Of a stretch of DNA of 64,000 bases, positions 22,852 through 32,429 are shown piece after piece. Under the pieces are notes generated by a model. It was not told the origin of the DNA, did not search any database, and was given only the letters and a program-made list of their open reading frames with translations. Numbering within the stretch: position 1 is the first letter of the stretch; every line of letters starts with the position of its first letter. The position numbers and the translations under genes are program-made. Source of the DNA: Planctomycetota bacterium (GTDB taxonomy: Bacteria; Planctomycetota; JAJSAM01; JAJVHW01); NCBI GenBank assembly GCA_965248445.1, contig CBDFJG010000004.1, positions 544,001 to 608,000 of the forward strand. The letters run 5' to 3'.

Positions 22852-24063
22852 ATGAGACTCACTACACCCGACGGCGCCCGGCTGGAGCTCGCGTATTGCA
22901 CGAACGTCCGGCCGGCGGAATCGCCGGCCGCTCTGCAGCAGGACATCGCGGGATTCTGGAGCGACGTCCGCGCGCTCGTCGGTGCGCGGCGACTCGGGCT
23001 CGGACTCTGGTTCCCGCGTGACGTGGCGGCGGCGCTCGCGCGTGACGCGGACGGCCTGGCGCGCCTCGCGGACGCACTCGAATCAGCGCAGCTCACGGCC
23101 GCAACCGTGAACGCGTTTCCCGCGGACGCGTTCCACGCCGACGTCGTGAAGGAGGCGGTCTACCGCCCGAACTGGCTGACTCCGGCACGGGCGCAATACA
23201 CGCTCGACGCAGCCCGCGTGCTCGGTGCTCTCTCGCCGGAGGGTGCCGTGCGCACGCTCTCTTCGCTGCCGCTCGGCTTTCCGAAGTGGTCCCCCACCGA
23301 ACTACAGCGCGCAGCGGGCCGGCTGGTCGGGCTGGCTCTCGACCTCGACCGATTGCGCATCGACACGGGACGCACACTCCGCATCGCCCTCGAACCCGAA
23401 CCGTGCTGCGCGCTCGAGCGGAGCGACGAGGCGGTCGCGTTCTTCCGCGATCACCTGATCCCGGCCGCCGAGGTGGCCGGGCGAGCCGCCGAAGTCGGCG
23501 CGGACGCAGGCCGCGAGGCGGTCCTCCGTCACGTCGGCGTTTGCCTCGACCTCTGTCACGCCGCCGTGGAGCACGAGGACCCCGTCACGGCGCTGGCGAG
23601 CTACGACGCAGCGGGCGTCCCGGTGTTCAAGGTGCAGGTCTCCGCAGCGCTCGACGTGACGGACCCGGCGGAGCAGGCAACGGCCTTGCGAGCGTTCGCC
23701 GAGCCGCGCTGGCTGCACCAGGTGGGCCTGCCGGACGGCCGCGTCCTGCTCGACCTGCCCGACGCACTACGCGACGAGGACCTGCTACGGCAGGCGCCTT
23801 GGCGCGTGCACTTCCACGTACCCCTACACCGCGAGACGGTCGGCGGCCTGCCAACGACCCGCGGCGAGGTCGAGCGCTTCCTCCGGTACGCGGCCACGCT
23901 CGAGGCGCCGCCGCTGCTCGAGCTCGAGACGTACACGTGGTCCGTCGTCCCGGGCGCGAGGGAAGATGGCGCCGACGAGGACCTGGCGGCGAACGTCGCG
24001 GCCGAGATCGGCTTCTGCCGCGACGTGCTGACCGGCGCAGGCTGCGTGGAGGATGGGACATGA
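22852..24063 (+). CDS. eboE: EboE-family xylose-isomerase-like TIM-barrel protein
   Basis: LAYCTNV, VKEAVYRPNW, LEPEPCC, GVCLDLCHAAVE, EPRWLHQ, WRVHFHVP, ELETYTW. Confidence 0.9.
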   Translation: MRLTTPDGARLELAYCTNVRPAESPAALQQDIAGFWSDVRALVGARRLGLGLWFPRDVAAALARDADGLARLADALESAQLTAATVNAFPADAFHADVVKEAVYRPNWLTPARAQYTLDAARVLGALSPEGAVRTLSSLPLGFPKWSPTELQRAAGRLVGLALDLDRLRIDTGRTLRIALEPEPCCALERSDEAVAFFRDHLIPAAEVAGRAAEVGADAGREAVLRHVGVCLDLCHAAVEHEDPVTALASYDAAGVPVFKVQVSAALDVTDPAEQATALRAFAEPRWLHQVGLPDGRVLLDLPDALRDEDLLRQAPWRVHFHVPLHRETVGGLPTTRGEVERFLRYAATLEAPPLLELETYTWSVVPGAREDGADEDLAANVAAEIGFCRDVLTGAGCVEDGT

Positions 24064-24458
24064 AGGAACTCCTCCTGGTCTGCGCGGGCGGCGCGTTCGG
24101 GTCGGGCGCCCGGCACCTGGTCTCCACGGCGGTCTCGAGCCACGCCCGGCGCGCGTTCTCCTCGGACTTCCCGTGGGGCACCCTCGCGGTCAACGCGATC
24201 GGTTCGTTCCTGCTCGGAGTGCTTCTCGCATGGGGCGAACCTGGCGGCCCGGACGAACCGTCCCGCACCACCCGGGTTCTGCTCGGTACGGGAGCGTTGG
24301 GTGGATTCACCACGTACTCCACGTTCAACTGGGAGACGTTGTGGCAGATCCAACAGGGACGAACGGGGACGGCGATGGTGTACGTCGCAGCGACGCTGGT
24401 GGTCTGCCTTACGTTCGGGCTCCTGGGGGCTACGACGGCACGCGCGCTGTCGCACTGA
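24060..24458 (+). CDS. crcB: Fluoride channel CrcB/Fluc
   Basis: GGAFGSGARH, FPWGTLAVN, GALGGFTTYSTF; ATGA overlap with eboE. Confidence 0.92.
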   Translation: MKELLLVCAGGAFGSGARHLVSTAVSSHARRAFSSDFPWGTLAVNAIGSFLLGVLLAWGEPGGPDEPSRTTRVLLGTGALGGFTTYSTFNWETLWQIQQGRTGTAMVYVAATLVVCLTFGLLGATTARALSH

Positions 24459-25732
24459 CGTCGCAGACTGCGCCGGCACGGCGCATCCGGTTCCTGGACG
24501 TCCTGCGCGGAGTCGCGATCCTCGGCATCCTGCCGGTCAACGCGGGGATCTTTGCGTACCCCAACATGCTGATGGGCAACGGTCAGTTTCCCGGCGCGCC
24601 CGGGGACCCCATCGTCACGTTCATCGTGGACGCGTTCTTCCAGTACAAGTTCATCACGATCTTCTCATTCCTGTTCGGCGTCGGGATGGGACTCGTTGCC
24701 GAACGCGCGGTGCACAAGCACGCTTCGTACGGCGTACCGATGGCGCGGCGTTTCGCGTCGCTGCTGCTGTTCGGCATGGCGCACGGCGTCTTGCTCTGGA
24801 TGGGCGACATCGTCACGCACTACGCCGTGCTCGGTGCCGCGTCGTTCTGGATCGCGCGTCTCGTGTCTCCGCGCGTACTCGCTGTGCTGGGCGTCGCGGC
24901 GCTAGCGTTCGGCATGCTGGTCTTCGTGCCCCTCAGCGCCGGTCAGGCCGCGCACCTGGCAGAGCCGGCGGAAGCCGGGCAGACCCTTCTTCCGGACGGC
25001 GATCTCGGTGCGGATCCGACGGGTCCGATGGGGCAGTTCCTGTCCGCGGCGGTGTCGTTCGACGCCGACTTCGAGCTGGCTCTCTACGGTGATGGGTCGT
25101 GGGGCCGCATCACCGCCGCGCGCGGCGTGACCTACTCCGCCATGCAGCTATTCGCACTGTTCCTCTGGGGCGCGCGCACCGTCGGGCTGTTCCTGCTCGG
25201 TATGGCGTTCGTGCGGATGGACTGGTTCCGCGATCCGTCCGCGCAGGCGGGTCGCCGCGGCTTCCTGTGGATGCTCGCCGCCGGCCTTCTCGTCGGCGTG
25301 CCGCTCAGCATTGCGGGCGCGATCCTGCGGGTCGGCGAGTTGAACATGGCGAGCGCGCTGCAGTCGAACTCCGCGCACTACCTGGGCAGCCTGCTGTTCT
25401 CGGGCGGCATCATCGCGGCGATCGCACTGCTCGTGTCGCTCCGTCAGAACGCGCGCTGGACGCGGCCGCTCGCGGCGGTCGGGCGCACGGCGTTCAGCTG
25501 CTACATCGCGCAGTCGGCGATCATGACGACGCTCTTCTACGGATACGGAGGCGGGTTGTACGGCGACCTGGACCGCACGTCGGTCATGGGTATCGTGCTC
25601 GGCGTGTGGATGCTGGAACTGATCGCCGCCCCCATCTGGCTGCGCTTCTTCCACGCCGGTCCATTGGAGTGGCTGTGGCGCAGCGTCACCTATTGGAAGC
25701 TCCAGCCGTTTGTTCGGCGGAGCGCGGCGTGA
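24455..25732 (+). CDS. DUF418 (YeiB-like) membrane protein; start uncertain
   Basis: RIRFLDVLRGVAILGI, KFITIFSFLFG, VGRTAFSCYIAQS, GPLEWLWRSVTY. Confidence 0.85.
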   Translation: MTSQTAPARRIRFLDVLRGVAILGILPVNAGIFAYPNMLMGNGQFPGAPGDPIVTFIVDAFFQYKFITIFSFLFGVGMGLVAERAVHKHASYGVPMARRFASLLLFGMAHGVLLWMGDIVTHYAVLGAASFWIARLVSPRVLAVLGVAALAFGMLVFVPLSAGQAAHLAEPAEAGQTLLPDGDLGADPTGPMGQFLSAAVSFDADFELALYGDGSWGRITAARGVTYSAMQLFALFLWGARTVGLFLLGMAFVRMDWFRDPSAQAGRRGFLWMLAAGLLVGVPLSIAGAILRVGELNMASALQSNSAHYLGSLLFSGGIIAAIALLVSLRQNARWTRPLAAVGRTAFSCYIAQSAIMTTLFYGYGGGLYGDLDRTSVMGIVLGVWMLELIAAPIWLRFFHAGPLEWLWRSVTYWKLQPFVRRSAA

Positions 25733-26796
25733 AAGACGTCGAACGCCTGCTCGGGTTCGCCGTAGAGCCGGTGAAGACACTCGACTACGGCCCCGGGAGC
25801 ACGCACGAGGTCGTGCTGGTCGCACACCGTGACGAACCCTCGCCGCGATACGTCGTCAAGCGTGCGCGCGGCGATCCCGGTCCGCTGATCCGGGAGCGAC
25901 TCGCACTCGAGTCGTACGCCGAGCATCCAGACGCGCGCGCCCTCGTGCCGGGCGTCGTCGCCGCCTCAGAGAGCGGCGAGCTGCTCGTCGTCGAGGCGCT
26001 TCCCATTGCCGACTCCGACCGGCTCGGCGCGATCCTGGAGGGGGATGATCCCGAGCGTGCGCGCAACGCGCTGCTCGCACACGTGCGGGCTCTGGCCGTG
26101 CTGAACAGCGCACCCGTCGCCGACCCGTTCGCGCGGCGAGTGACGGCGCACGGGCCGCTGACTTCGTCGCGTCACGCTGTGAACTACTGGAGCGAGCACG
26201 TCGCCGCGCTGTCCGAGAGGCTGAGCGCGTTGTGTGGGCGGGCGGGCGGCATCGCGGAGGAAGCTGCACAGGCGACAGATCGCATGCTGGCCGGGCCCGC
26301 TGCGCTCTCGCACGGCGACGGAACCGCCGCGAACACGTTCGTCACGGAAGCGGGTCGCGCGTACGTGATCGACTTCGAGACGGCCGCCGTGCGCCACCCG
26401 GCGATGGACGGCGCGTTCGGCCGCATCCGGGATCTGAACAGCGTGTGGGCGCTGGAGCTGCCGGCGCCGCTGCGCGAGGAGGCGACGCGCGCCTACCGCG
26501 ACACCCTCGCGCCGGGCCCGGACTGGGAGAGCGACGAGACGGCCGCCGCGGCGGTCTGGCTGGCGATCCTCCTGCGCCGGCCGGAGCGCTACATGGATCA
26601 CGACCAGCGCTGGGGCGAGTCGGGCCTGCGCTGGCGCGTGTTCACGGGGCTCGAGCGGTTCGCCGAGATCGCGCGGACGAACGGTGAGATGCCGTCGACC
26701 GCCGACGCATGCGAACGCGGCGTCGCCGCACTGCGCAACCGCTGGTCCGACGAAGATCGCACGGCGCGGACGTACCGCGCGTTCGCGCGTCAATAG
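25729..26796 (+). CDS. APH/choline-kinase-like phosphotransferase
   Basis: YVVKR, SHGDGTAAN, IDFE; GTGA overlap with the previous gene. Confidence 0.7.
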   Translation: MKDVERLLGFAVEPVKTLDYGPGSTHEVVLVAHRDEPSPRYVVKRARGDPGPLIRERLALESYAEHPDARALVPGVVAASESGELLVVEALPIADSDRLGAILEGDDPERARNALLAHVRALAVLNSAPVADPFARRVTAHGPLTSSRHAVNYWSEHVAALSERLSALCGRAGGIAEEAAQATDRMLAGPAALSHGDGTAANTFVTEAGRAYVIDFETAAVRHPAMDGAFGRIRDLNSVWALELPAPLREEATRAYRDTLAPGPDWESDETAAAAVWLAILLRRPERYMDHDQRWGESGLRWRVFTGLERFAEIARTNGEMPSTADACERGVAALRNRWSDEDRTARTYRAFARQ

Positions 26797-29027
26797 CCGA
26801 GTGCGCTGCCGATCTGGAACACCGCGAAGGCGGCGATCCACGCGAGTGCCGTGTATCCGACGAACAGGCCGATCGGCCAGCGCCAGGAGTTCGTCTCGCG
26901 TTTCAGCACGCCGAGCGTCGAGGCGCACTGGAGCGCGATCACGTAGAAGACCATCAACGCGAGGCCGACCAGCGGGGTGAAGACGGGCCGGCCATCCGGC
27001 CGGCGGTCGTTGCGGATCGAGGCGAGCAGGCCCTCGTGCTCCTCGTCGGCGTCGCCACCCACCGAGTAGATGACACCGAGGGTCGGCACGAACACCTCGC
27101 GCGCTGCGAACGAGCCGATGATCGCCACACCGATCTTCCAGTCGAAGCCGAGCGGCTCGATCAGCGGCTCCATCAGCTTCGCGCTGCGCCCTAGATAGGA
27201 GCCCGCGAGCTGCTCCGACGACTGTCGGTGCTCGAGTTCCGAGATCTGTTCATCGAGGCGCCCAGCCGCGGGTGAGTCAGCCGCGAGCTCATCCCGCTCC
27301 TCGGTCAGAACGGTCATCTCGGCGTCGTAGTCCCGCGAGAACTGGACGTCCCGCGGGAACGTCGCACCGGCCCACAACACCATCATGAGCACGAGGATGA
27401 CCGGGCCCGCACCCCACACGAACGACCAGGTTCGGCGCCACGTGTTGCGTAGCACCGCACCGATCGACGGGACGCGATACGGCGGTAGCTCGAGCAGCAA
27501 CGGGCTGCGCGGCCCGCTGAGGATGGTGCGGCGCATGACCTTCGCGCACAGGGCGCCGATCACCACGCCGAGCACGTACATCGTCAGCACGACCAGTGCA
27601 GGTACCCAGCCTCCGAACGCGGCGAAGAGCGCGCCGACGAGCACCGCGTACACAGGCAACCGCGCCTGGCAGGACATGAGTGGCACGATCGCCATCGTCA
27701 CGAAGCGGTCGCGCCTGTTCTCGATCGTGCGCGTGGCGATGATCGCGGGGATGGCGCAGGCGAATCCGGAGAGCAGCGGGAGGAACGAGCGGCCGGGCAT
27801 CCCGAAGAACCCCATCACGCGATCCAGCAGGAACGCGGCGCGCGCGAGGTACCCGGTGTCCTCGAGCGCCTCGATGCACAGGAACAGCATCGCGATCTGC
27901 GGAACGAACACGAGGAACGCGCCCAACCCGCCGATGACGCCGTCCTGCACGAAGGACGCGAACAGCCCGTCGCCCAGCAGGCCGCGGACCCACCCTCCCA
28001 GGGCGGAGATCCAGGTGTCGACAGCGTCGATCGCCGGACCGGACCAGGCGAACACCACCATGAACAGGAACAGGAACACCCCGAGCATGAGGAGCGTGCC
28101 GGCGAACGGATGCGTCACGACGCGATCCACACGGCGCGTGAAAGAGCGGGCGTCGCCACCGCCTTTCAGCACGCGGGCCACCAGCCGGTCGACCGCTTCG
28201 TAGCGGACCGTGGCGGCGGTCGTGGCAACGTCGAATCCGGCGGCGCTCAGGTCATCGCGGACGCCCCGCGACTCCTCGGCCAGGGCCGCCAGCACGGGAT
28301 CGTCCGATCCCGAAAGTCGGCCGAGCACCGTGCTCGAACGGGCATCCGAGGTCAGCATCTGCGCGACCCGCACGATAGAATCCCCGGCACCGCGGATGTG
28401 ATCGCGCAACCTGGGTGCGAAGCTCTCCGCCGCTGTGAGGACCTCCGGCGGCCAGTTGATGGTCAGAGGCGTGCCCCGCGCTCCGCCGGACGCGATCGCC
28501 GCAACCAATGCGTCGCGACCATCGCCGCTACGACCGCACGTCGGGATCACGGGGACACCGAGTGCGGCCGAGAGCGCCGCGGGATCGACCTTGAGGCCGC
28601 GCGCTACTGCAATGTCGATCTGGTTGAGCGCGATGACCACGCGCCGACCCGCGTCGATGATCTGCGTCGCGAGGAAGAGGCTGCGAGGCAGATTGGTCGC
28701 GTCGGCGACGACGACGATCACGTCGGGCGCATCGTCGCCGTGACCCACGATTGCCTCGCGCGCGATCCGTTCGTCCGGCGACCGCGCCGCGAGTCCGTAT
28801 GTCCCGGGAAGATCGACCACCGTGACGTCGCCGGCCGGCGTCGTCATCGATCCCTCGACCCTCTCCACCGTGATGCCCGGGTAGTTGCCGACGCGCTGCC
28901 GCAATCCGGTGAGCGCGTTGAAGATCGACGACTTGCCGACGTTCGGATTCCCGGCGAGCGCGGCGCGTCGCGCCCGCCGCCCGAGGCCGATCATGACGCC
29001 ACCCACGGGGGGAGCCGTCGACGTCAC
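26790..29027 (-). CDS. feoB: Ferrous iron transporter FeoB
   Basis: GNPNVGKS, VGNYPGITVE, DLPGTY, EDTGYLARAAF, FACAIP, MSCQARLP, ELPPY. Confidence 0.95.
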   Translation of the reverse strand: MTSTAPPVGGVMIGLGRRARRAALAGNPNVGKSSIFNALTGLRQRVGNYPGITVERVEGSMTTPAGDVTVVDLPGTYGLAARSPDERIAREAIVGHGDDAPDVIVVVADATNLPRSLFLATQIIDAGRRVVIALNQIDIAVARGLKVDPAALSAALGVPVIPTCGRSGDGRDALVAAIASGGARGTPLTINWPPEVLTAAESFAPRLRDHIRGAGDSIVRVAQMLTSDARSSTVLGRLSGSDDPVLAALAEESRGVRDDLSAAGFDVATTAATVRYEAVDRLVARVLKGGGDARSFTRRVDRVVTHPFAGTLLMLGVFLFLFMVVFAWSGPAIDAVDTWISALGGWVRGLLGDGLFASFVQDGVIGGLGAFLVFVPQIAMLFLCIEALEDTGYLARAAFLLDRVMGFFGMPGRSFLPLLSGFACAIPAIIATRTIENRRDRFVTMAIVPLMSCQARLPVYAVLVGALFAAFGGWVPALVVLTMYVLGVVIGALCAKVMRRTILSGPRSPLLLELPPYRVPSIGAVLRNTWRRTWSFVWGAGPVILVLMMVLWAGATFPRDVQFSRDYDAEMTVLTEERDELAADSPAAGRLDEQISELEHRQSSEQLAGSYLGRSAKLMEPLIEPLGFDWKIGVAIIGSFAAREVFVPTLGVIYSVGGDADEEHEGLLASIRNDRRPDGRPVFTPLVGLALMVFYVIALQCASTLGVLKRETNSWRWPIGLFVGYTALAWIAAFAVFQIGSALGY

Positions 29028-29278
29028 GGCGATCGCCTCGGCGGCTGTTCCACGGGCTCGACGAGCACCGCGGATGCCTCCGCCGCGCGCAGGGCAAACG
29101 AACCCCCTCGCACCATCACGTGCACCGGATCACCGAGTGGCGCACGGCGCAGAACGCTGACCACTGCGCCGGGCGTGAACCCGAGTTCGGCCAGTCGCTC
29201 CCGCAGGTGCGGCTCGCCCTCGAGCGCGCAGACGCGCACGGTCGCGCGTGTCGGGTAGTCGGAGAGGCTCTGCATCAT
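29024..29278 (-). CDS. feoA: FeoA
   Basis: RLAELGFTPG...APLGDP...ALRAAEA. Confidence 0.92.
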   Translation of the reverse strand: MMQSLSDYPTRATVRVCALEGEPHLRERLAELGFTPGAVVSVLRRAPLGDPVHVMVRGGSFALRAAEASAVLVEPVEQPPRRSP

Positions 29279-29312
29279 GGTTGTGATGGTGGATCACGCT
29301 CCCTGCCGGCGT

Positions 29313-29333
29313 TATTGAGATTGGGTCTCAATA
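29313..29333. promoter_or_regulatory. Palindromic operator upstream of feoAB (Fur-like box candidate)
   Basis: TATTGAGA-ttggg-TCTCAATA: perfect 8-5-8 AT-rich inverted repeat ~35 bp upstream of feoA. Confidence 0.65.
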
Positions 29334-29398
29334 CCAGGAGCGTACCCCAGGCTGCGGGAAAAAGCCCGAGGACGGCCCGATCCGGTATCACGCCCGTG

Positions 29399-30400
29399 AT
29401 GCGGCTCACAGGCCTCACGCTGACCGGGCGCGACCCGTCCCGCGCAATGACGTTCCACGTCAACGCTCTGCTGGCGCCGATGGACGGCGTGACGGACCGC
29501 ACCTTCCGCAACCTCGTGCTCGATCTCGGGGACGCGGGAGGCGCGTGCACCGAGTTCGTGCGCATATCGGTAGCGGCGTGGAAGCGGGGCGCTCTCGCAA
29601 AGGAACTGGGACCGCCCCACCCCGCAGCGCCGGTCGGTCTGCAGCTCATGGCCCCGTCGACCGACCACCTGGCGCGCACGGCCGGGAACGCGGAGTCGGC
29701 GGGTGCACCGTGGATCGACCTCAACTTCGGATGCCCGGTCAAGCGTGTGTTCAACAAGTGCGCGGGTTCGGCGCTGCTCGCGTACCCGGACCGTGTCGGC
29801 GCGATCGTGGCAGAGGCCGTGCAGGCTGTCGGCGTTCCCGTCACCGCGAAGATCCGAGCCGGCGTCGAGGACGACGGGACGCTGCTCGACGTCCTCGACG
29901 CGTGCGCCGACGCAGGCGCGGCGGCCGTCATCCTGCACGCGCGACTGCGGACGCAGTCCTACGCGACGCCCGCGCGCTGGGAGTGGATCCGCGCCGCGGT
30001 GGAGCACCTCGGCGGCCGCACACCGCTGATCGGCAACGGCGGCATCGGACGCGCGGAGCACGTGCATCGCATGCTCGCCGAGACCGGCTGCGCGGGGGTC
30101 ATGGTCGGACGCGGGGCGATCGCGAACCCTTGGATCTTCCGGCAGGCACGCGGCGGCCCCGCAGCCACGCGGGACGAAGCCGTGGCGTTCGCGCTGCGCT
30201 ACCTGGCCACGCTCTGCCCCCCGGGAGGCAGCAAGGGCGGACTCGCCCGCATGAAGCAGCTCATCCGGGCCTACGCTGCCAGCGGCCTCTTCGAGGGGCG
30301 GGAGCACGATCGGGTGGCTCTCCTGCGGTCTCATGAACCGGAGGCGGTGCGGAGCTGGTTCACCCGGTGTGCGACGACGTCCCTGCCCGTGCGCCCGTAG
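29399..30400 (+). CDS. dus: tRNA-dihydrouridine synthase family protein
   Basis: LAPMDGVTD, IDLNFGCP, GSALL, TAKIRAG, ILHAR, IGNGGI, MVGRGAIANPW. Confidence 0.9.
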   Translation: MRLTGLTLTGRDPSRAMTFHVNALLAPMDGVTDRTFRNLVLDLGDAGGACTEFVRISVAAWKRGALAKELGPPHPAAPVGLQLMAPSTDHLARTAGNAESAGAPWIDLNFGCPVKRVFNKCAGSALLAYPDRVGAIVAEAVQAVGVPVTAKIRAGVEDDGTLLDVLDACADAGAAAVILHARLRTQSYATPARWEWIRAAVEHLGGRTPLIGNGGIGRAEHVHRMLAETGCAGVMVGRGAIANPWIFRQARGGPAATRDEAVAFALRYLATLCPPGGSKGGLARMKQLIRAYAASGLFEGREHDRVALLRSHEPEAVRSWFTRCATTSLPVRP

Positions 30401-30434
30401 CGCGCTCCAGCACTACCATGCAGCCTCAGCCACG

Positions 30435-32429
30435 ATGATCCAACAGACCCGCCTCCGCCTCGTTCGCGTCCTGGCCCCGGCGCTGTGGATCGTGTGCTCG
30501 GCCGCCTCTGCCTTCGCGCGGGGCGGCGGCGGCGGCAACTTCGGGGGCGGCGGCGGTTTCGGCGGCGGCGGCGGGTTCGGCGGTGGCGGCGGCTTCGGGG
30601 GCGGCGGCGGGTTCGGAGGCGGCGGGTTCGGGGGCGGGGGCAGCTTCGGCGGCGGAGACCTGTCCGCCAGGATGATCTTCTTCATCCTCCTGCTCGTGGT
30701 CCTGTTCGTGCTGTTCAAGGCCGTCGCGGACAAGCACCGGGGTAAAGGCGGCGGCACATCCCGCGTCACCCGCGGCCGTGTCGCACGCGTGTACCGGGAC
30801 GCAGCCGAGGCCGAGCAGCGGCTGCGGGCGATCGAGCCGGGGTTCGACCGCGCGGGGTTCTTCGCGCGTGCCGTTGTGGCGTTCCGCAAGGTCCAGCGGT
30901 CATGGTGCGCGCACGACCTGGCCGAGATTCGCCCGTTCGTGTCCGACGGAATCCACGAGCGATTCACGCTGCAACTCGAGGAACAGAAGATCCTCGGGTA
31001 CCGCGACGTCATGGAGCGCATCGAGGTCCGCGACGTGAACTTCGCGCACTTCGAGGAGCAGGGCCGGCTGCAGATCGTCACGGTCCGCATCCGCGCGAGC
31101 TCCATCGACTACCGCGTGTCGGCCGACAGCGGCAAGCACGTGGCTCGCACGAAAGTGCCCGAGGAGTTCGTCGAGTACTGGTCGTTCCTCCGCAAGAAAG
31201 GCGCGAAGCAGAGGAAGGGCCAGGGCCTGATCGAGGGCTTCTGCCCGAACTGCGGCGCGGCCGTCGAGATGAACCAGTGGTCACGGTGCAAGCACTGCGA
31301 GACACACCTACGCAGCGGCGAACACGACTGGGTGCTCGTCGAGATCACGCAGGAATCCGTCTGGCGCCGGCGGGAGTCCGGCGAGATCCCCGGTGTGACG
31401 GCGTACCTCTCCTTCGATCCGGGGTTCAGCGTCCAGCACCTGGAAGACCGGGTCTCGGTGATGTTCTGGCGCAGCGCGATGGCGGAGTGGATGGACGACC
31501 CGGCGCCTCTCCGCAAGATCGCCACCGACGAACTGACCGCTAGGCGCACCGACCATGTGCGGACGAAGTCCTACGACGGGCGTCGGCGCTACATCGGCGA
31601 GCGAGGTGTGGGCGCGGTCGAGATCCTCGGCACCGACCGCGGGGAGGGCCGCGATCGCGTGATCGCAACGGTCACGTGGTCGGGCACGTACTTCTCGGTG
31701 GACGACGACCGCAAGCTGCACCGCGAGAAGAAGAGCTCCATCGTGGACACGCTGCTCGTGCTGACGCGTCGCACCGGCGTGAACACCGACGACGGCCACG
31801 CGGTCTCCTCCGCGCACTGTCCGAACTGCGGCGCCCCCGAAGCCGGCGGCGAGACGCACGCGTGCGAGTTCTGCGGCGAGGTGCTCAACGACGGTTCGCG
31901 CGACTGGGTGCTCGCAGAGCTGCTCCCGCGCTACTCCGAAGAGGCGCGCGACATCGTGCAGGACGTGGTCACAGCCGCGCACTCGGACGTGTCGAAGCTG
32001 GTCGTGATGGAGCGGCTCGCGCCCCTGCCTCCGCCCATCGCACACGAGGTCGTTGCTTGGATGATCGTGACTGCGATGGCCGACGGGCTCTTCGACGACA
32101 CCGAGAAGGAGCGCATTCACGCCATCGCGGAGCGCGCACGCCTGCGCCGGGACGAACTGGAGACCCTGTTCGACCGGGGCAAGGTCGGGATGCTCGAGAC
32201 CCCGACGCCGCCTGATCTCGAGGAGGGCCGCCGCTGGCTGGCCGAAGCCGCGCGGGTCGCCGTCTCGGACGGGCAGATGCAGCACGGCGAGCGACGGATA
32301 CTGAACGTGCTCGCGAGGTCCATCGGCCTGCACTCCGCCGACGTGTCGGTCATCGTCGGCAAGGCGAAGCGGGACCTCTATCGCGAGACGCGCGAGAGCC
32401 TGCGGTGGAAGCGAGGAAACGGGCGCTAG
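30435..32429 (+). CDS. Membrane-anchored protein with tandem Tim44-like/Zn-ribbon modules and a C-terminal TerB-like domain
   Basis: Signal-like N-terminus, ARGGGG plus GGGGF repeats, TM helix, EEFVEYWSF, two CPNCGA..CxxC..DWVL modules, AMADG...E..RI. Confidence 0.75.
   Translation: MIQQTRLRLVRVLAPALWIVCSAASAFARGGGGGNFGGGGGFGGGGGFGGGGGFGGGGGFGGGGFGGGGSFGGGDLSARMIFFILLLVVLFVLFKAVADKHRGKGGGTSRVTRGRVARVYRDAAEAEQRLRAIEPGFDRAGFFARAVVAFRKVQRSWCAHDLAEIRPFVSDGIHERFTLQLEEQKILGYRDVMERIEVRDVNFAHFEEQGRLQIVTVRIRASSIDYRVSADSGKHVARTKVPEEFVEYWSFLRKKGAKQRKGQGLIEGFCPNCGAAVEMNQWSRCKHCETHLRSGEHDWVLVEITQESVWRRRESGEIPGVTAYLSFDPGFSVQHLEDRVSVMFWRSAMAEWMDDPAPLRKIATDELTARRTDHVRTKSYDGRRRYIGERGVGAVEILGTDRGEGRDRVIATVTWSGTYFSVDDDRKLHREKKSSIVDTLLVLTRRTGVNTDDGHAVSSAHCPNCGAPEAGGETHACEFCGEVLNDGSRDWVLAELLPRYSEEARDIVQDVVTAAHSDVSKLVVMERLAPLPPPIAHEVVAWMIVTAMADGLFDDTEKERIHAIAERARLRRDELETLFDRGKVGMLETPTPPDLEEGRRWLAEAARVAVSDGQMQHGERRILNVLARSIGLHSADVSVIVGKAKRDLYRETRESLRWKRGNGR

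Noticed and set aside
22700..24060. Fluoride riboswitch upstream of crcB or its operon
   Set aside because: No recognisable consensus by eye; an Infernal search would be needed.
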